Source: Candidatus Poribacteria bacterium (GTDB lineage Bacteria > Poribacteria > WGA-4E > UBA9662). Taken from it: a stretch of 29,090 bases of DNA. The notes beneath the pieces were generated by a model that saw only the letters and a program-made list of their open reading frames with translations, did not search any database and was not told where the DNA came from. The position numbers were made by a program, and so were the translations under genes. The DNA is taken from positions 1-29,090 of the forward strand of contig JAYGDX010000320.1 of the NCBI GenBank assembly GCA_046582655.1, in the 5' to 3' direction. Below are positions 26,398-29,090 of this stretch, piece by piece; the first letter of the stretch is position 1; each line of letters begins with the position of its first letter.

Positions 26398-27267
26398 ATG
26401 TCTAATACATCTCAATCAGGAGACTTTGAGGTCTTCTGGCAAAAAGTTTGTCACCAATTGGAGTCCGTTTCCATCGCTCCAGAGGAAGAAATCATCCCCA
26501 TCCGATCCACCGAGTTCTGTGACTGCTACACTGTCAAATTTACTGGTATTGGCCCTTATCGATTGTTTGGGTACTTGAGTATCCCCCATGGCCAAGGCCC
26601 GTTCCCCACGCTGCTACTTGGGCCGGGTTACCATAGCGTTGTAGAACCCTTACCACAAGGAGACGCCAATGAAAAGCGTAAACGATTTCTCATATTCTCA
26701 GTCGCAGGCCGTGGACAGCGAAACGCAGATAAACCATTCGCCGCCATTTACCCCGGGTTGATGACTAAAGGAATCGATGATCCAGATACTTACATTTTTC
26801 GTGGTATCGTGGCAGATTGGTTAAGAGCAGTGGATTATCTGCTGACACGTCCTGAAGTCGACCTCAGCAAACTGGGAGCCATCCAGAAAGACGATCTACC
26901 GCTGCTGATATCGGCGTTACGACCTGAAGTAACGCATCTTGTGGCTACGCCAAAATATTTCTATCCCTCCCACAACCAACAGCCCGAAGAGGTCACGGAC
27001 TATCTGCGTCTCTTTCCAGAAAAGCGAACACTCGTCGAACGAACACTTTCTTTCTTCAATCTGATTTCCTTCGCTCCCAGTGTTCAGGCAAAAACATTAC
27101 TATGGGGAGATTCAAAGGAACTCAAACCGTTGATTTCGGCACTAGAGGGAGAAACCGAGATCCGAATGAGCGAGCATTCTTCTTACAAGGATGGTCTCTT
27201 TCAAGAGCGTTGGATCTCCAATCAATTTGGATTTTCAGATTCAATCATACCTTGGCACTGGCAGTAA
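26398..27267 (+). CDS. CE7-like protein lacking the catalytic serine motif
   Basis: DFEVFW, LFGYLSIP, GRGQ and YIFRGIVADWLRAVDYLLTRPEVD are present. GxSQGG is replaced by GAIQKDD. Confidence 0.85.
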   Translation: MSNTSQSGDFEVFWQKVCHQLESVSIAPEEEIIPIRSTEFCDCYTVKFTGIGPYRLFGYLSIPHGQGPFPTLLLGPGYHSVVEPLPQGDANEKRKRFLIFSVAGRGQRNADKPFAAIYPGLMTKGIDDPDTYIFRGIVADWLRAVDYLLTRPEVDLSKLGAIQKDDLPLLISALRPEVTHLVATPKYFYPSHNQQPEEVTDYLRLFPEKRTLVERTLSFFNLISFAPSVQAKTLLWGDSKELKPLISALEGETEIRMSEHSSYKDGLFQERWISNQFGFSDSIIPWHWQ

Positions 27268-27331
27268 AACGAACCAAAGCAGATAAAAGTGGCAGGAACG
27301 CGATCCACCAATCCAAATTAGCCAACATAAG

Positions 27332-28342
27332 TTAAATCAACTCAGAACGACCAGATTGCAATCTTGATCTATAATCTAGTGCAGAATCAATCGTATTGAA
27401 AATATCACACTGGGGTTGGTAGCCAATTCGCTCTCTGCTCTTGCTGAGGTCAAACTGATAAAAGGTTGGATTTTGCGCCAAAAGACATAGATCAACGTAT
27501 TCCATCCCCAACGTTTGGGCTAAATAAGGAATTGTCGTTTCCCAAACAAATGGTGCCGGAGCAGCTAGCTGGAAAATTTCCCCTATTGATTGCGAGTTAC
27601 CAATTGCGACCTGAAAGGCCTGAACGAGATCTCGGACATCAAGGATGTGTTTCTGGTAAGACCTTCCATTTTCGTCCCTGGCAATGACTAGTTTTTCCTC
27701 TTGGTGCACGAGAAGTTGTTGTTGAGTTTCGCTAGCAGCACCCGTAGTTCGTTTTTCATAGATGTGTTGCCAGTGACTAAGGTAAAACTGTCGAAAGTTC
27801 AAGATCTCGTCCGCTGCAACCACCAGCGCGAACCGAAAAATGGTGATCGGGACACATCGACTGAGGAAATAGCTCATGCACATCTCCTCACCCAAGATTT
27901 TTGACAAAGCGTACCAGCCACTCGGTGTTCTTGGCATCAGGTCTTCACGAATCGGCTCGGTCAATCCACCAGCTGGATATTTGCTGTAAATGGCATCTGT
28001 ACTGGCAAAGAAAAAGTGTTGAACCTGTTGTTCTGTAGCCGCTTCTAGCATATTGAAAGTCCCCCCCACATTGATCTGAAAATAGTCGTCATGGGTGAAA
28101 GGCCCTCCCGCTTGGAATGCTGCCCCTAGATGACAGACGACCTCTATCCCTTTCATGGCCCGACGCACATCCTCAGCCTCTGTTAAACTTCCTTCCACTA
28201 AATCGACTGACAACCCATCCAACTTTGCTACACTAGGATCAGCATTCCAAACTAATCCACGCACTTGATGTCCGTCGGAGACAAGAGCTCGAGCCAAGTG
28301 CACACCAACACGTCCTGTGATTCCCGTAATCAGAACTCGCAT
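27332..28342 (-). CDS. NAD-dependent epimerase/dehydratase (extended SDR)
   Basis: MRVLITGITGRVG, HLGA, INVGGT, FASTD and YALSK. AAAGGA RBS before ATG 28342. Confidence 0.92.
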   Translation of the reverse strand: MRVLITGITGRVGVHLARALVSDGHQVRGLVWNADPSVAKLDGLSVDLVEGSLTEAEDVRRAMKGIEVVCHLGAAFQAGGPFTHDDYFQINVGGTFNMLEAATEQQVQHFFFASTDAIYSKYPAGGLTEPIREDLMPRTPSGWYALSKILGEEMCMSYFLSRCVPITIFRFALVVAADEILNFRQFYLSHWQHIYEKRTTGAASETQQQLLVHQEEKLVIARDENGRSYQKHILDVRDLVQAFQVAIGNSQSIGEIFQLAAPAPFVWETTIPYLAQTLGMEYVDLCLLAQNPTFYQFDLSKSRERIGYQPQCDIFNTIDSALDYRSRLQSGRSELI

Positions 28343-29090
28343 AGTCGTATTTCCTTTAAGGATAATTTCTCGCAAACTTTTTCATTTCGAACCCTACTGT
28401 TTACGCTAACAGAGGCCAAATCAATCTTAGTCTAAAACAAACTCTGCTATTTGTAAATACGCAAGCCTGCACTTCATATTTCGACAAGGCATCCACAAGC
28501 CTCTTATCTATGACCCCTTAGTTACCATTCCCTATATCTTCAAATATTTCCATGCAGAGATGTGGGGGTGTACTCTTCCCCTAATGCGCCTTAATATGTG
28601 AAGGGACAACAACTCTAACTGCATAATTAGGTTCCATGCTGAACTTCCTGCTTTATACTACGAAAAGGCAAATTCACTAGATAGGAAGGTTTCAGCCCAA
28701 GTGTAGGTTTGAGGAATCGACGGTTCAGCTTCAGCCCTATTTTTGGGCTGTAAGCATCGAGCCCGTTTCTGAACAGTTGCTTGATTTCATCCAGCGTTAG
28801 CTCGGAAGTAAGATCTTTCTAGATAGGGAGCAGAAAATATCTTGACAGATAAAGTGTAGGTGTTGGACTAATCGTTCAGCATCTTTCGGGTGCCGTGTAG
28901 CCAGTGTAGTACTGAACTCACGTTTGCCAAAGGTGTAGCGGAACTGGGTGGGAATGAAACAGCGAAATGAGTAGTGTTATTTTCCTCTTTTCGCTGTAGG
29001 TACTTAGCTGACACAGGTCAAAGTGGGGCCCTGAAGCCAAATCATCAGCTAATCTTAGCCTCATCTCATTGTTAGATCGGAAGAGCGTCG

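Noticed and set aside
28600..28920. Possible decayed minus-strand gene (LTSELTLDEIKQLFRNGLDAYSP)
   Set aside because: Multiple stops and no motif I can assign; it needs BLASTX.

Overview
Accessory region of a bacterial genome. The lineage is probably Candidatus Poribacteria or a relative; this is inferred from the repeated C-terminal 'V-x-P-x-x-K-L-x-x-TW-G-x-IK' tails plus the LamG, PhyH, sulfatase and BlaI/M56 content. (1) 1-6590 (minus): blaI-like repressor, M56 (BlaR1-like) peptidase, TolB-like propeller, frameshift-split ECF sigma factor, GspC/PilP-like protein and a PQQ-type propeller. Three of these share a ~43-aa helical C-terminal module, and one copy is hidden behind a frameshift. 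(2) 7057-14842 (plus): ricin-like/kinase fusion, PhyH dioxygenase, arylsulfatase and a 944-aa FG-GAP-like protein. (3) 15595-21595: five secreted carbohydrate-binding-like proteins, all ending in the same putative sorting motif, with two MITE copies between them. (4) 21618-25240: a decayed second blaI/M56 cassette, IS5, IS200 and IS982 remnants, and a GC-richer fragment carrying a gluconolactonase. (5) 25444-28342: an active plus an apparently inactive CE7 esterase, and an SDR. No rRNA, tRNA or CRISPR array was seen. All family assignments come from motif recognition by eye, not from database searches.
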